Assembly (NCBI GenBank): GCA_963697565.1
Contig: CAVOOM010000008.1
Location: 24,965-88,964, forward strand
Source of the DNA: an uncultured Actinomycetota bacterium
GTDB taxonomy: Bacteria; Actinomycetota; Actinomycetes; CAVWCF01
DNA: 64,000 bases
Reading direction: 5' to 3'
Shown: positions 19,909 to 36,168 of the stretch, piece by piece
How the letters are laid out: each line of letters starts with the position of its first letter
How positions within the stretch are numbered: position 1 is the stretch's first letter
The notes under the pieces: model-generated
Told to the model about the DNA's origin: nothing
What the model saw: the letters and a program-made list of their open reading frames with translations, nothing else
The model's database searches: none
Position numbers and translations under genes: made by a program

Positions 19909-20887
19909 ATGTCCGGCATCAAGGCCACCGGCGAGAAGAAGCTGATGCTCTTCGCGGGCCGGGCCTACCCCGAGTTGGCCGAGGAGGTCGCCGCCGAGCT
20001 CGGCGTCGGACCTCACCCCGACAAGCGCGTACGACTTCGCCAACGGCGAGGTCTTCGTGCGGTTCGAGGAGTCGGTGCGCGGCTGCGACGCGTTCGTGCT
20101 GCAGAGCCACTCGGCGCCGCTGAACAAGTGGATCATGGAGCAGCTGATCATGGTCGACACGCTCAAGCGCGCGTCGGCCAAGCGGATCACCGTCGTCATC
20201 CCGTTCTACGGCTACGCCCGCCAGGACAAGAAGCACCGCGGCCGCGAGCCGATCACCGCCCGGCTGATGGCCGACCTGTTCAAGACCGCGGGCGCCGACC
20301 GGCTGATGGCCGTCGACCTGCACACCTCGCAGATCCAGGGCTTCTTCGACGGCCCCGTCGACCACCTCTTCGCGCTGCCGCTGCTCGCCCAGTACGTCGG
20401 CAACCGGATCGACCGCTCGAAGATCACCATCGTCTCGCCGGACGCGGGCCGGGTCCGGGTGGCCGAACGCTGGACCGACACCCTGAACGCGCCGCTGGCG
20501 ATCATCCACAAGCGCCGCGACCCGATGGTGGCCAACGAGGTCAAGGTGCACGAGGTCGTCGGTGATGTGCGGGGCCGCACCTGCGTCATCGTCGACGACA
20601 TGATCGACACCGGCGGCACGATCGTGAAGGCCGCCGACGCGCTCTTCGACAACGGCGCCGCCGACGTCATCGTCACCGCCACCCACGGGGTCTTCTCCGG
20701 CGCGGCCATCGACCGGCTCAAGAACAGCCGGATCTCCGAGGTGGTGGTCTGCAACACGCTGCCGATCGCCGAGGAGCAGCGCATCGACAAGCTCACCGTG
20801 CTGTCGATCGCCCCGCTGCTCGGCCGGGCGATCCGCGAGGTCTTCGACGACGGCTCGGTCACCAGCCTCTTCGACGGCCACGCCTGA
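19909..20887 (+). CDS. prs: Ribose-phosphate pyrophosphokinase; one frame break as assembled
   Basis: ATG 19909, MSGIKATGEKKLMLFAG. After a break near 20008: YDFANGEVFVRFEESVRG, VDLHTSQIQGFF, VIVDDMIDTGGT. Confidence 0.9.
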
Positions 20888-21125
20888 GCCGACGGGCAAC
20901 GGCCGCGTTTGGGGGCGCGCGGGCCGGGCGAGTAGTCTGTGCGGGTTGCCCGGCGAGGGCCTCCGCTCAGCGGACGCCGTGATCGACGTGCCGATCGGAC
21001 CGCTTCGATCGCACTGCGCGATCGCGTCGTGATGTGAGCGCCTCCTCGCCAGGCCCCACGCGACAAGCGCACCACCCGTACCCGCGCCGCAGGCGCCTGC
21101 TGAGCCGACGAGAAGGAGCACCACC

Positions 21126-21770
21126 GTGTCCGAGGTCCGCATCAAGGCCGAGACCCGCACCGAGTTCGGCAAGGGCGCCGCCCGCCGCACCCGCCGCGCC
21201 GGCCAGGTCCCCGCGGTGGTCTACGGCCACGGCGGCGAGACCCGCCACGTGTCGCTGCCCAGCCACGACCTGTCCCAGGCGCTCAAGCGCTCGGGCGTGC
21301 TGCTCGAGCTCGACCTCGACTCCGGCCTCGAGCTGGCGCTGCCGAAGTCCGTGCAGCGCGACCCGGTCCGCCAGATCATCGAGCACGTCGACCTGATCAT
21401 CGTCAAGCGCGGCCAGCGCGTCACCGTCGAGGTCCCGGTCGTGACCGAGGGCGCGGCGATCGGCGGCGGCATCGTCGAGACCGTGCTCACCACCGTGGCC
21501 CTCGAGGTCGAGGCGACCAAGATCCCGCAGGCGATCGTCGTCGACGTCGACAAGACCGAGGCGGGCCACTCGGTGTACGCCGGCGACCTGGCGCTGCCGG
21601 CGGACGCGGTGCTCGTCACCGACCCGTCCGCGCTGGTCATCCACGTGGTCGGCCCGCAGTCGGAGTCGGCCGGCTCCGGCCTCGACGCCGAAGAGGTGGC
21701 CGCCGCCGCGGAGGCCGCCGAGTCCGCCGCCGCCGAGGTGGCCGCCGCCGCCGAGGGTGTCGAGGCCTGA
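21126..21770 (+). CDS. rplY: 50S ribosomal protein L25 / general stress protein Ctc
   Basis: Intact 214-aa ORF. GTG preceded by GAAGGAG. N-terminus [29 protein letters not shown], with an acidic Ala/Glu tail. Confidence 0.9.
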   Translation: MSEVRIKAETRTEFGKGAARRTRRAGQVPAVVYGHGGETRHVSLPSHDLSQALKRSGVLLELDLDSGLELALPKSVQRDPVRQIIEHVDLIIVKRGQRVTVEVPVVTEGAAIGGGIVETVLTTVALEVEATKIPQAIVVDVDKTEAGHSVYAGDLALPADAVLVTDPSALVIHVVGPQSESAGSGLDAEEVAAAAEAAESAAAEVAAAAEGVEA

Positions 21771-21811
21771 TCCGCCTGTTGCGGGCGCGGCGCCCAGCGG
21801 GAGCGGAGGAC

Positions 21812-22397
21812 GTGTCCGGAGACGCCGGGGAGGCCTGGCTGGTCGTCGGCCTGGGCAACCCCGGCAAGGAGTACTCCGGCAACCGCCACAACGCCGGCTT
21901 CCTCGTCGTCGACCTGCTGGCCGAGCGGATGCGCGGGCGCTTCAAGTCCGCCAAGGGCCGCCGCGCCGAGGTCCTCGAGGGCCGGCTCGCCGGCCACCGC
22001 GTCGTGCTCGCCAAGCCGCTGTCGTACATGAACGACAGCGGCGGCCCGGTGGCCGGGCTCCGGGACTTCTACAAGGTGCCGGTCGACGCGCATCGTCGCC
22101 GTGCACGACGAGCTCGACCTGCCGTACGGGTCGCTGCGGCTCAAGCTCGGCGGGGGCGACAACGGGCACAACGGCCTGAAGTCGATGCGCCGCTCGCTGG
22201 GCAGCGGCGAGTTCGCCCGGGTGCGCTTCGGAGTCGGCCGCCCGCCCGGCCGGCAGGACCCCGCCGACTACGTGCTGCGCGACTTCGGGGCGGCCGAGCG
22301 CAAGGACCTCGCGTTCCACGTCGACCGCGCGGCCGACGCGGTGGAGGCGCTGCTCGCCGACGGACTCGAGCGCGCCCAGAACACCTTCAACGACTGA
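21812..22397 (+). CDS. pth: Peptidyl-tRNA hydrolase; one frame break as assembled
   Basis: GTG 21812 after [28 protein letters not shown]. After a break near 22087: [31 protein letters not shown]. Confidence 0.9.
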
Positions 22398-22413
22398 CGG
22401 GAGCCCACCCGCT

Positions 22414-26004
<3,591 letters not shown>

Positions 26005-26013
26005 GAGGACGCC

Positions 26014-26624
26014 GTGAACGCCACCACCTCCCGTACCCCGAGCCGGGCCCGCCGCGCGGCCCTCGCCGCCGCGGCCGCGCTGGGGGCGCTCGCGCTCACG
26101 GCGTGCAACCCGCTGCAGCCGGGCGCCGCGGCCGTGGTGGGCACCGAGCGGATCACCGAGAACGAGGTCAACACCGCGGCCTTGCAGGCGGCCGAGGCGC
26201 AGCAGGCGGCGGGACTCCAGCCCGACATCCGCGAGCTGATGCGCCGCCAGCTGGACGTGCGCGTCGCCTCCGCGCTGCTCGATGAGCTGGCCGCGACGTA
26301 CGACGTCGAGGTGACGCAGGGCGAGATCCAGGCGTTCATCCGGGAGCGCGGGGGCGCCGAGGCCTGGGAGGCGACGCTCGTCGAGCGTGGCCTGTCGCCC
26401 AAGCAGGCCAGCGATTTCGCGCGCATCCAGGTGCAGATCGACAAGGTCGGCGAGGCCATCGACCCGGAGAACGGCCTGCAGCAGATCGGCGCCGAGGCCG
26501 CCGCCCTCAGCGAGGAGATCGGGGTCGAGATCAGCCCCCGGTACGGCCAGTGGGACAGCCAGCAGGTCACCGTGGTGGCCGCCGCCGACGACCTGTCTCA
26601 GCCGGTGGGCGGGCCGGGGGCCTG

Positions 26625-26625
<1 letters not shown>
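26014..26625 (+). CDS. Putative lipoprotein with a SurA N-terminal-like chaperone domain
   Basis: Intact 203-aa ORF. Lipobox AALGALALTAC. The rest is helical and Ala/Glu/Gln-rich. Family call is weak. Confidence 0.55.
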
Positions 26626-29751
<3,126 letters not shown>

Positions 29752-29755
<4 letters not shown>

Positions 29756-30683
29756 GGCGCCGCGTGGCCGCGATCGACTGCGGCACCAACTCGATCCGCC
29801 TGCTCGTGGCCGACCTCGACCCCTCGACCGGCGCGGCCGCCGACCTCGACCGGCGGATGGAGATCGTCCGGCTGGGGGAGGGGGTCGACCGCACCGGGCG
29901 GCTGTCCGAGGCCGCCTTGGCGCGGACGTTCGCGGCGTGCGAGGTCTACGCGGCGCGGATCGCCGAGCTCGGGGCGACCGAGGTGCGCTTCGTCGCGACG
30001 TCGGCGTCGCGCGACGCCGAGAACCGCGCCGACTTCGTGCGTGGCGTCCTCGAGCGGATCGGCGTCGAGCCGGAGGTCGTGTCGGGCGAGGAGGAGGCCG
30101 CGCTGTCGTTCCGCGGCCCCACCGGGGCGCTGCAGGCCGCCGGGATCGCCGGGCCGTACCTCGTCGTCGACATCGGCGGCGGGTCGACCGAGTTCGTCCT
30201 CGGCGACTCCTCGGTGCGGGCGTCGCGATCCGTGGACATGGGCTGCGTGCGGCTGACCGAGCGGCACCTGCACGACGACCCGCCGACGGCTGCCCAGGTC
30301 GCCGCGGCCCGCGCCGACATCGCGGTCTCTGCTCGATCAGGCGGCCGCGGCCGTGCCGTTGGACACCGGCGCGACGCTGGTCGGGCTCGCCGGCACCGTG
30401 ACGACGCTCGCGGGGATCGCTCTCGGCCTGCCGGCGTACGACCCCGCGGCGATCCACCTGTCGCGGCTGCCGGCCGACGACGTGCACGCGATCACCGAGC
30501 GGCTGCTGGCGTCGTCGCACGACGAGCGGACGGCGATCCCGGTCATGCACCCGGGACGCGTCGACGTCATCGGCGGGCGGCGCGCTGGTGCTCGACGCGA
30601 TCGTGCGGCGCACCGGAGCGGCCGAGGTCGTCGTGAGCGAGCACGACATCCTCGACGGGATCGCCTGGTCGCTCGTCCGGTAG
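29752..30683 (+). CDS. ppx: Exopolyphosphatase / Ppx-GppA family phosphatase; two frame breaks as assembled
   Basis: GTG 29752. VAAIDCGTNSIRLLVAD, VRFVATSASRDA, LVVDIGGGSTEFV, VGLAGTVTTLA, SEHDILDGIAW. Frames go 1>2>0, with breaks near 30330 and 30580; stop 30681-30683. Confidence 0.8.
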
Positions 30684-30708
30684 GCCCGCCGCGGGCTAGG
30701 TTCGCCCC

Positions 30709-31404
30709 ATGGGACAGATCGTCGAGTTCGCGAGCAATGGCGGCACCTGCGAGGGCTACCTCGCCCTCCCCGAGGGGGCCGAGCCGGACACGGCCCCGGG
30801 CGTCGTCGTCATCCAGGAGTGGTGGGGGATGGTGCCCCACATCAGGCACATGGCCGACCGGTTCGCCGCCGAGGGCTTCGTGGCCCTCGTCCCCGACTTC
30901 TACCGCGGGGTGCGCACGACCGAGCCGGACGAGGCGGCCAAGCTGATGATGGGCCTCGACGTCGGCAAGGCCGCCCTCGACATCGCCGGCGCGGCCGAGT
31001 ACCTGCACGCGCTGCCGCTGACCACGTCGGGCCACGTCGGCGCGGTCGGCTTCTGCATGGGCGGCGGGCTGGCCCTGCTGGCCCCGACGGTCTCCGACCG
31101 GATCACCGCGACCAGCGGCTTCTACCCCGCCACCCCGTGGCCGGACTACCACCCCGACTGGTCGCGCTACCACGGCCGGAGCGCCCAGATCCACTGCAGC
31201 GAGGACGACGGCACGTCGGCCGCCGAGGGCATCCAGCAGATGGTCGACGCGATCGCCACCGCCGGCGGCCAGGTCGAGACGTTCGACTACCCGGGCAGCC
31301 ACCACGCCTTCGCCAACGACGACCGGCCCGAGGTCTACAACGCCGCCCACGCCGACGCGGCGCTCACCCGCACCTGGGAGTTCCTGCGCCGGAGCCTCGC
31401 CTGA
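30709..31404 (+). CDS. Dienelactone hydrolase family protein
   Basis: Intact 231-aa [13 protein letters not shown], nucleophile elbow GFCMGGG, C-terminal GSHHAF. Confidence 0.85.
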   Translation: MGQIVEFASNGGTCEGYLALPEGAEPDTAPGVVVIQEWWGMVPHIRHMADRFAAEGFVALVPDFYRGVRTTEPDEAAKLMMGLDVGKAALDIAGAAEYLHALPLTTSGHVGAVGFCMGGGLALLAPTVSDRITATSGFYPATPWPDYHPDWSRYHGRSAQIHCSEDDGTSAAEGIQQMVDAIATAGGQVETFDYPGSHHAFANDDRPEVYNAAHADAALTRTWEFLRRSLA

Positions 31405-31441
31405 CCGAGCGCCGGGAGCCGTACGCGGCCCCCGGCACGGG

Positions 31442-32197
31442 ATGGCCGGGCGACCCGGCGACCGCGCGCACCCCGGTCGCGCGCACCGCGGAGGACGTCG
31501 GTCGGCTGGCGGCGTCGGCCCGGTCGCTGCCCGTCCTCGAGGCCCGCCAGTCGGTCTGCCGCGCCTGCCCTCGGCTCGTCGAGTGGCGCGAGGGCGGTCG
31601 CGCTCGAGCGCCGCCGCGCGTACGCCGACGAGCCGTACTGGGGGCGGCCGATCCCCGGCTGGGGCGACCCCGCGCCGCGGGTGGTCATCATCGGGCTGGC
31701 GCCGGGTGCCCACGGGGCCAACCGCACCGGCCGCGTCTTCACCGGTGACCGCAGCGGCGACGTGCTCTTCGCCTCGCTGCACCGGGTCGGCCTGGCCGCC
31801 CTGCCCACCTCGACCCGCGCGGGCGACGGGCAACGCCTGATCGGGGCGCGGCTGGTCGCCGCCGTCCGGTGCGCGCCGCCGGCGAACCGGCCCGAGCCCG
31901 GCGGAGCGGGACGCCTGCGCCCCGTGGCTCGACCGCGAGCTCGCGCTGTGCCAGCCGACCACCCGGGTGTACGTCGCGCTGGGCGCCTTCGCCTGGGACG
32001 CCGCGCTGGCCGCGCTCACGCGGCTCGGCGACCGGCCGGCGGGCCGCAAGCCGCGCTTCGGCCACGGCGCCGAGGCCGCGCTGCCGTCCGGACGCACCCT
32101 GCTCGGCTGCTTCCACCCCAGCCAGCAGAACACCTTCACCGGCCGGCTCACCCCCGCCATGCTCGACGACGTCCTCGCCCGCGCCGCCTCGCTGTGA
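31442..32197 (+). CDS. Uracil-DNA glycosylase, family 4/5 (UdgB-like); 2-3 frame breaks as assembled; start uncertain
   Basis: [12 protein letters not shown], then [40 protein letters not shown], then [13 protein letters not shown]. Breaks near 31590 and 31900. There is no canonical start in the first frame; the ATG at 31442 lies in the preceding frame. Confidence 0.7.
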
Positions 32198-32230
32198 GCG
32201 GCGTGCTGGCCAGGTCCTAGGAGCATGAGT

Positions 32231-32245
32231 TGTACGATTCGTACA
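32231..32245. promoter_or_regulatory. Perfect 6-bp inverted repeat TGTACG-ATT-CGTACA abutting the antitoxin ATG (candidate TA operator)
   Basis: Read directly at 32231-32245. The last A is the A of the ATG at 32245. The patch is AT-rich. Confidence 0.45.
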
Positions 32246-32496
32246 TGACCGAGATGGCGGTGAGCGCGGCCCGCGAGCACCTGGCCGAGCTCATCGAGGC
32301 CACGAGGGCGTCGGGCGAGCCGGTCTACGTCACGCGCCGCGGCCGCCGGGTCGCGGTGATCGTGGACCCCGACGTCTTCGAGCGGCTGCTCGAGGACGCC
32401 GACGACGCCCTCGACCGGGCCGAGCTCGCGGCGGCCCGCGAGGACGACGACTTCGTCCCTTGGGACGAGGTCAAGGCCGAACTCGGCCTGCGGTGA
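32245..32496 (+). CDS. Type II antitoxin, Phd/YefM family
   Basis: MTEMAVSAAREHLAELIEATRASGEPVYVTRRGRRVAVIV, with an acidic C-terminal tail. Stop overlaps the toxin GTG (GTGA). Confidence 0.8.
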   Translation: MTEMAVSAAREHLAELIEATRASGEPVYVTRRGRRVAVIVDPDVFERLLEDADDALDRAELAAAREDDDFVPWDEVKAELGLR

Positions 32497-32757
32497 TCGG
32501 CCGGCTACCGGGTCGAGATCGCCCGAAGGGCCGCCAAGGCCCTCGCGGCCCTGCCCCGCCCCGAGCAGCAGCGCGTCCGGGCGGCGATCGACCTGCTCGC
32601 CGAGACGCCGCGCCCGCCGGGGTGCGTCGCGATGGCCGGCGAGCAGTCCGTCTACCGGGTGCGGGTCGGCGCCTATCGGATCGTCTACGAGGTCCACGAC
32701 CGGGTCCTGCTCATCCAGGTGATCCGGATCGGCCACCGGCGCGACGTCTACCGCTGA
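32493..32757 (+). CDS. Type II toxin, RelE/ParE family; one frame break at about codon 5 as assembled
   Basis: GTG 32493. After one extra base near 32505: YRVEIARRAAKALAALPRPEQQRVRAAIDLLAETPRPPG...YRVRVGAYRIVYEVHDRVLLIQVIRIGHRRDVYR. Stop 32755-32757. Confidence 0.75.
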
Positions 32758-32779
32758 ACTCGCCCCGTACGCTGCGGGG

Positions 32780-33292
32780 ATGCCGCAGCTCGCCGTCACC
32801 GTCTTGGGCCACGACCGCCCCGGGATCATCGCCGCCGTCACCGGCGCGCTCGCCGGGCTCGGGGGCAACCTCGAGGACTCCTCGATGACCCGGCTGCGCG
32901 GGCACTTCGCGATGACGCTCATCGTCGCCGGCAGCGGCACCGCCGCCGAGGTCGAGGCGGCCCTCGCCCCCGCCGTGCCCGACCTGCTGGTGTCGGTCCG
33001 CGAGGTCCCCGAGGAGTCCGAGCCGGAGGCCGTCGGCAGCCCGTACCTGCTCACCGTCCACGGCGCCGACCGCCCCGGCATCGTCTCGGCCGTCACCTCC
33101 GTGCTGGCCGACGCGGGCGGCAACGTGACCGACCTGACCACCCGGCTCGCGGGCCGGCTCTACCTGCTCGTCGTCGAGGTCGAGCTGCCCGCCTCCTGCG
33201 ACGTCGAGGCGCTCACCGGGCGGCTGGCCGCCACCGCGCGCGACCTCGGCGTCGAGGCGTCGCTGCGCCCGGCGGAGGCCGACGTCCTGTGA
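32780..33292 (+). CDS. Tandem ACT domain protein (GcvR-like amino-acid-binding regulator)
   Basis: Intact 170-aa ORF with two ACT-type openings, VTVLGHDRPGIIAAVTGALAGLGGNL and LTVHGADRPGIVSAVTSVLADAGGNV. Confidence 0.75.
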   Translation: MPQLAVTVLGHDRPGIIAAVTGALAGLGGNLEDSSMTRLRGHFAMTLIVAGSGTAAEVEAALAPAVPDLLVSVREVPEESEPEAVGSPYLLTVHGADRPGIVSAVTSVLADAGGNVTDLTTRLAGRLYLLVVEVELPASCDVEALTGRLAATARDLGVEASLRPAEADVL

Positions 33293-33852
33293 CCGGGCCG
33301 CTCCTCGCGGTCGACCTGCCGGCCGGCCGCGTGCTTCCCGTCGTGGCGGCTCCCGACCCGGTGCTGTCCACGCCGTGCGTCGACGTCGACCCCCGTGACC
33401 CGGCCGTCGCGCAGCTGGCCGCCGACCTGCTCGCCACCCAGCGCGTCTCGCCAGGCTGCGTCGGGCTGGCGGCCAACCAGGTGGGGGTCGGCTGGCGGCT
33501 GTTCTCGGTGGACGTCTCCGCCCACCCCAAGGCGCGCACCCACCACGGCGCGTACGTGCTGGTGAACCCGCAGCTGCAGGAGGCCTCGCGCAACGAGCGC
33601 GGCCGGGAGGGCTGCATGTCGGTGCCCGACTTCACCGGCGACGTGAAGCGGGCCACCCGGCTCGTGGTCCGCGGCCTTGAGCCGGTCACCGGCCGCGAGC
33701 TGATCGTGGCCACCGACGCCTTCGAGGCGCGCTGCCTGCAGCACGAGCTCGACCACCTCGCCGGGCTGCTCTTCCTCGACCGGGTCGCCGGGGCGCACGC
33801 GATCTACCCGCGCCAGACGTACCAGGAGGGCGGCTCTGGCTCCGTAGGCTGA
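33289..33852 (+). CDS. def: Peptide deformylase
   Basis: Intact ORF. GTG overlaps the upstream TGA. Motifs GLAANQVGV, EGCMSVP and HELDHLAG. Confidence 0.9.
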   Translation: MTGPLLAVDLPAGRVLPVVAAPDPVLSTPCVDVDPRDPAVAQLAADLLATQRVSPGCVGLAANQVGVGWRLFSVDVSAHPKARTHHGAYVLVNPQLQEASRNERGREGCMSVPDFTGDVKRATRLVVRGLEPVTGRELIVATDAFEARCLQHELDHLAGLLFLDRVAGAHAIYPRQTYQEGGSGSVG

Positions 33853-33859
33853 GCGGCGC

Positions 33860-33934
33860 GCCCCCGTGGCCCAACTGGCAGAGGCAGGCCCCTTAAAAGG
33901 GCTACCGGTGTGGGTTCGACTCCCACCGGGGGCA
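33860..33934 (+). tRNA. tRNA with anticodon TAA (Leu, UUA decoder) and a Leu-type D arm, but only a 6-nt variable region (class-I length, 75 nt)
   Basis: Hand fold. Acceptor GCCCCCG/CGGGGGC; discriminator A; D arm GCC-CAACTGGCAGA-GGC; anticodon arm GGCCC-CTTAAAA-GGGCT; variable ACCGGT; T arm GTGGG-TTCGACT-CCCAC. Confidence 0.6.
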
Positions 33935-33941
33935 CCGCGCC

Positions 33942-34406
33942 CTACGGACGCTCGTCCAGCGGTAGGCGCGCCACCACCTCGTCGTCGTCGGTCTCCCCCG
34001 TCTCGGCGAACCCGAGGCTCGCGTACAGCGCCCGGGCCGCCGTGTTGGCCGGCTGGTAGCTGAGCGCGGCAGACGGGTGGCCGCCGGCGCGGGCCCGATC
34101 GAGCAGGGCCTGGACGACCGCCCGCCCGTACCCCTTGCGCTGCTCGGCCGCGTCGACCACGAGGCCGCCGATCCAGTACGACCGGTCGTCGGGGTCGACC
34201 GCCCAGATGGCGAAGCCGACGACGCGCCCGTCGGCCTCCACCGCCAGCGGGCGCCAGGGCGTGTCCCCGTACGCGCACATGGCGAGGTAGCGCGTGACCG
34301 GGGCGACGAAGGCCCGCTGGTCCTCGGTGACCTCCAGGGCGGCGCAGTCGCGCCAGTTGCCTGCGTCGACGTCGCTCAGGCTGACCACGGCGGGCTCCGG
34401 CGGCAT
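33942..34406 (-). CDS. GNAT family N-acetyltransferase
   Basis: Intact 154-aa ORF. Acetyl-CoA motif QRKGYGRAVVQALL; C-terminal ARALYASLGF. Confidence 0.85.
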   Translation of the reverse strand: MPPEPAVVSLSDVDAGNWRDCAALEVTEDQRAFVAPVTRYLAMCAYGDTPWRPLAVEADGRVVGFAIWAVDPDDRSYWIGGLVVDAAEQRKGYGRAVVQALLDRARAGGHPSAALSYQPANTAARALYASLGFAETGETDDDEVVARLPLDERP

Positions 34407-34531
34407 GCCGGGGACGCTACGCCAGGCGCCGCCCGCGTGGGCCGCCCGCCGACGCGTCCCGCGTGGCCTTTGGCCCGCGGATCGCTTACCGTTGTTCCAC
34501 GAAACCCGAAACCGGGTTCCAGGGAGGACAC

Positions 34532-35347
34532 ATGCAGAGCAGGAATCCGATCTTCTCGCGCGACGACGCGTTCGTGCCGGCAGGCAGCGCCGCGTTCGGC
34601 ACCGCGCCGCCGCCGGCGGATGTGAGCCCGCAGCAGCTGGAGGAGATGTACGCCCGCCCGGCCGGCGGCCCCGCAGGCCTGGCCATGACGATCGACGACG
34701 TCGTCATCAAGACCGCCGGGATGTTCGTCATCCTGCTGGCCACCGCGGTGCCGTCGTTCCTCTACCTCGCCGAGAACACCCTCGTCGTGTTCGGCGCGGC
34801 GATCGTGGCCTTCATCCTCGGCATGGTCATCGCGGTCAAGCGGTCGACCAACCCCGGCCTGATCATGGTCTACGCGGCCATCGAGGGCGTCTTCGTCGGC
34901 GGCATCTCGGCCTGGTACCAGGCATTCGCCGACGGCGTGAACATCGTCGGCCAGGCCGTGCTCGGCACGCTGGTCGCCTTCTCGGTGATGCTCGCGCTCT
35001 ACAAGAGCGGCCGGCTGCGGGCCACCCCGCAGTTCAAGAAGATGATGATGATCGCGATGGTCTCGTACCTGATCATCGCCATGGCCAGCCTGGTCTCGTC
35101 GTTCTTCGGCGTCGGCGAGGGCTGGGGCTTCTACGGCGTCAGCGGGGTCGGCCTGCTGCTCTGCGGCCTCGGCGTCGCGCTCGCGTCGTTCTCCCTGGTG
35201 CTGGACTTCGACGCCATCGAGAAGGGCGTCCAGATGGGCGTGCCCGCCAAGGAGGCCTGGCGCGCCGGCTTCGGCCTGATGGTCACCCTGGTCTGGCTCT
35301 ACCTCGAGCTGCTGCGGATGCTGGCCATCCTGCAGGGCCGCGACTGA
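34532..35347 (+). CDS. Bax inhibitor-1/YccA family membrane protein
   Basis: ATG 34532 after GGAGGA. MQSRNPIFSR, then about 7 hydrophobic helices. Typical actinobacterial BI-1-like layout. Confidence 0.8.
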   Translation: MQSRNPIFSRDDAFVPAGSAAFGTAPPPADVSPQQLEEMYARPAGGPAGLAMTIDDVVIKTAGMFVILLATAVPSFLYLAENTLVVFGAAIVAFILGMVIAVKRSTNPGLIMVYAAIEGVFVGGISAWYQAFADGVNIVGQAVLGTLVAFSVMLALYKSGRLRATPQFKKMMMIAMVSYLIIAMASLVSSFFGVGEGWGFYGVSGVGLLLCGLGVALASFSLVLDFDAIEKGVQMGVPAKEAWRAGFGLMVTLVWLYLELLRMLAILQGRD

Positions 35348-35366
35348 CGCCTCGCGCACACACGAA

Positions 35367-35400
35367 CCGAAGGGCCGCCCCGCTGGGGGCGGCCCTTCGG
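35367..35400. terminator. Bidirectional intrinsic-terminator-like hairpin: perfect 15-bp stem, 4-nt loop
   Basis: ccgaagggccgcccc-gctg-ggggcggcccttcgg, lying between convergent genes ending at 35347 (+) and 35416 (-). No U-tract. Confidence 0.6.
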
Positions 35401-35415
35401 CGTGCACGGGTGGGG

Positions 35416-35646
35416 CTAGCCGACGCGGCGGGCGGCGCGCGTCTTGTCGTACTCGTGCACGATGGCGGTGGCGTAGCCGTGGGAGAGCTCATGCTCGTCC
35501 TGCAGCCAGTGGACCCGCTCTTCGAACCGCGTGAACGAAGGCCCGGCCTCCATCACCGCGTACCACTCCTTGAGTTCGCGCCCGGTTGCCGATGGCACCC
35601 GGGCCACGAGATTCGCGTGGGTCTCCTCGGAGTGGTGCAAGGTCAT
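35416..35646 (-). CDS. DUF4287-like small protein
   Basis: ATG 35646 after GGAGGAGGA. TGRELKEWYAVMEAGPSFTRFEERVHWLQDEHELSHGYATAIV. Confidence 0.65.
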   Translation of the reverse strand: MTLHHSEETHANLVARVPSATGRELKEWYAVMEAGPSFTRFEERVHWLQDEHELSHGYATAIVHEYDKTRAARRVG

Positions 35647-35772
35647 GGGGTCCTCCTCCACGACGGGGCCAGTGCGCCGGCGGCGCCTGTCCCACCCTGT
35701 CACCCGCGGGGGGCGGGCGACAACCCGGGTCCTCAGGTCAGCAGTCCCCGGGCATGCGGCTACCCTCCCCGA

Positions 35773-36168
35773 ATGGCCGGCGCCGCCCCAGGGTCCGAAG
35801 ACCTAGGCCGATCGGTCGAACGGCTGGCCGACCGGCTGCGCACCTTGGCGGACACCCGGCTGGCCCGCCCGATCGGCGGCGCTGCGACGGCTGCGGACCG
35901 CGCCCACGGGTTGGCCCAGGCCCTCGCCGACGCCGAGCAGGGCATCGCCGAACGAACCGCCGGGCAGCCCCCGGCATGGCGCACGGTGCCGCGGCTGGGC
36001 GATCTCGCGGTCGGCGACCAGGTCGCGGTCACCGGCGCGGATCTGGTGGCCGCGTGCGAGGGACTCGGACCGGACGATGCGGTCTGGACGCGGGCGGGCC
36101 GTTCGGCGGCCTCAGCCGTCCTGGCGCAGGCCGTCGCCGACGTCCGCGAGCTCGCCGCCCTGCTCTGA
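35773..36168 (+). CDS. Hypothetical protein (131 aa)
   Basis: ATG 35773 lies in the tail of ORF 34294..36168. Composition is coding-like and no family is recognised. The 3' end overlaps the convergent SGNH gene by 57 nt. Confidence 0.4.
   Translation: MAGAAPGSEDLGRSVERLADRLRTLADTRLARPIGGAATAADRAHGLAQALADAEQGIAERTAGQPPAWRTVPRLGDLAVGDQVAVTGADLVAACEGLGPDDAVWTRAGRSAASAVLAQAVADVRELAALL

Noticed and set aside
20888-21125. A riboswitch or ribosomal-protein leader in the 238-nt spacer upstream of rplY, and likewise in the long leader upstream of the peptide SBP gene at 3085-3255
   Set aside because: I cannot recognise the conserved core of any riboswitch or r-protein leader family by eye. Only a TAGTCT -10-like hexamer (about 20934) is visible. 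This needs a covariance-model scan (Rfam/Infernal) before any claim.
30337-33141. 934-aa minus-strand ORF
   Set aside because: It runs antisense across five well-supported plus-strand genes (ppx, dienelactone hydrolase, UDG, the TA pair and the ACT protein). Its translation is Arg/Pro/Ser/Ala junk, so it is a GC-composition artefact.
36112-36168. 57-nt convergent overlap between the hypothetical gene (35773-36168) and the SGNH hydrolase gene
   Set aside because: It probably reflects an uncertain 3' end: the SGNH catalytic blocks finish well upstream, and the Gly/Asp/Arg-rich tail may not be real. There is no evidence for a functional antisense arrangement.
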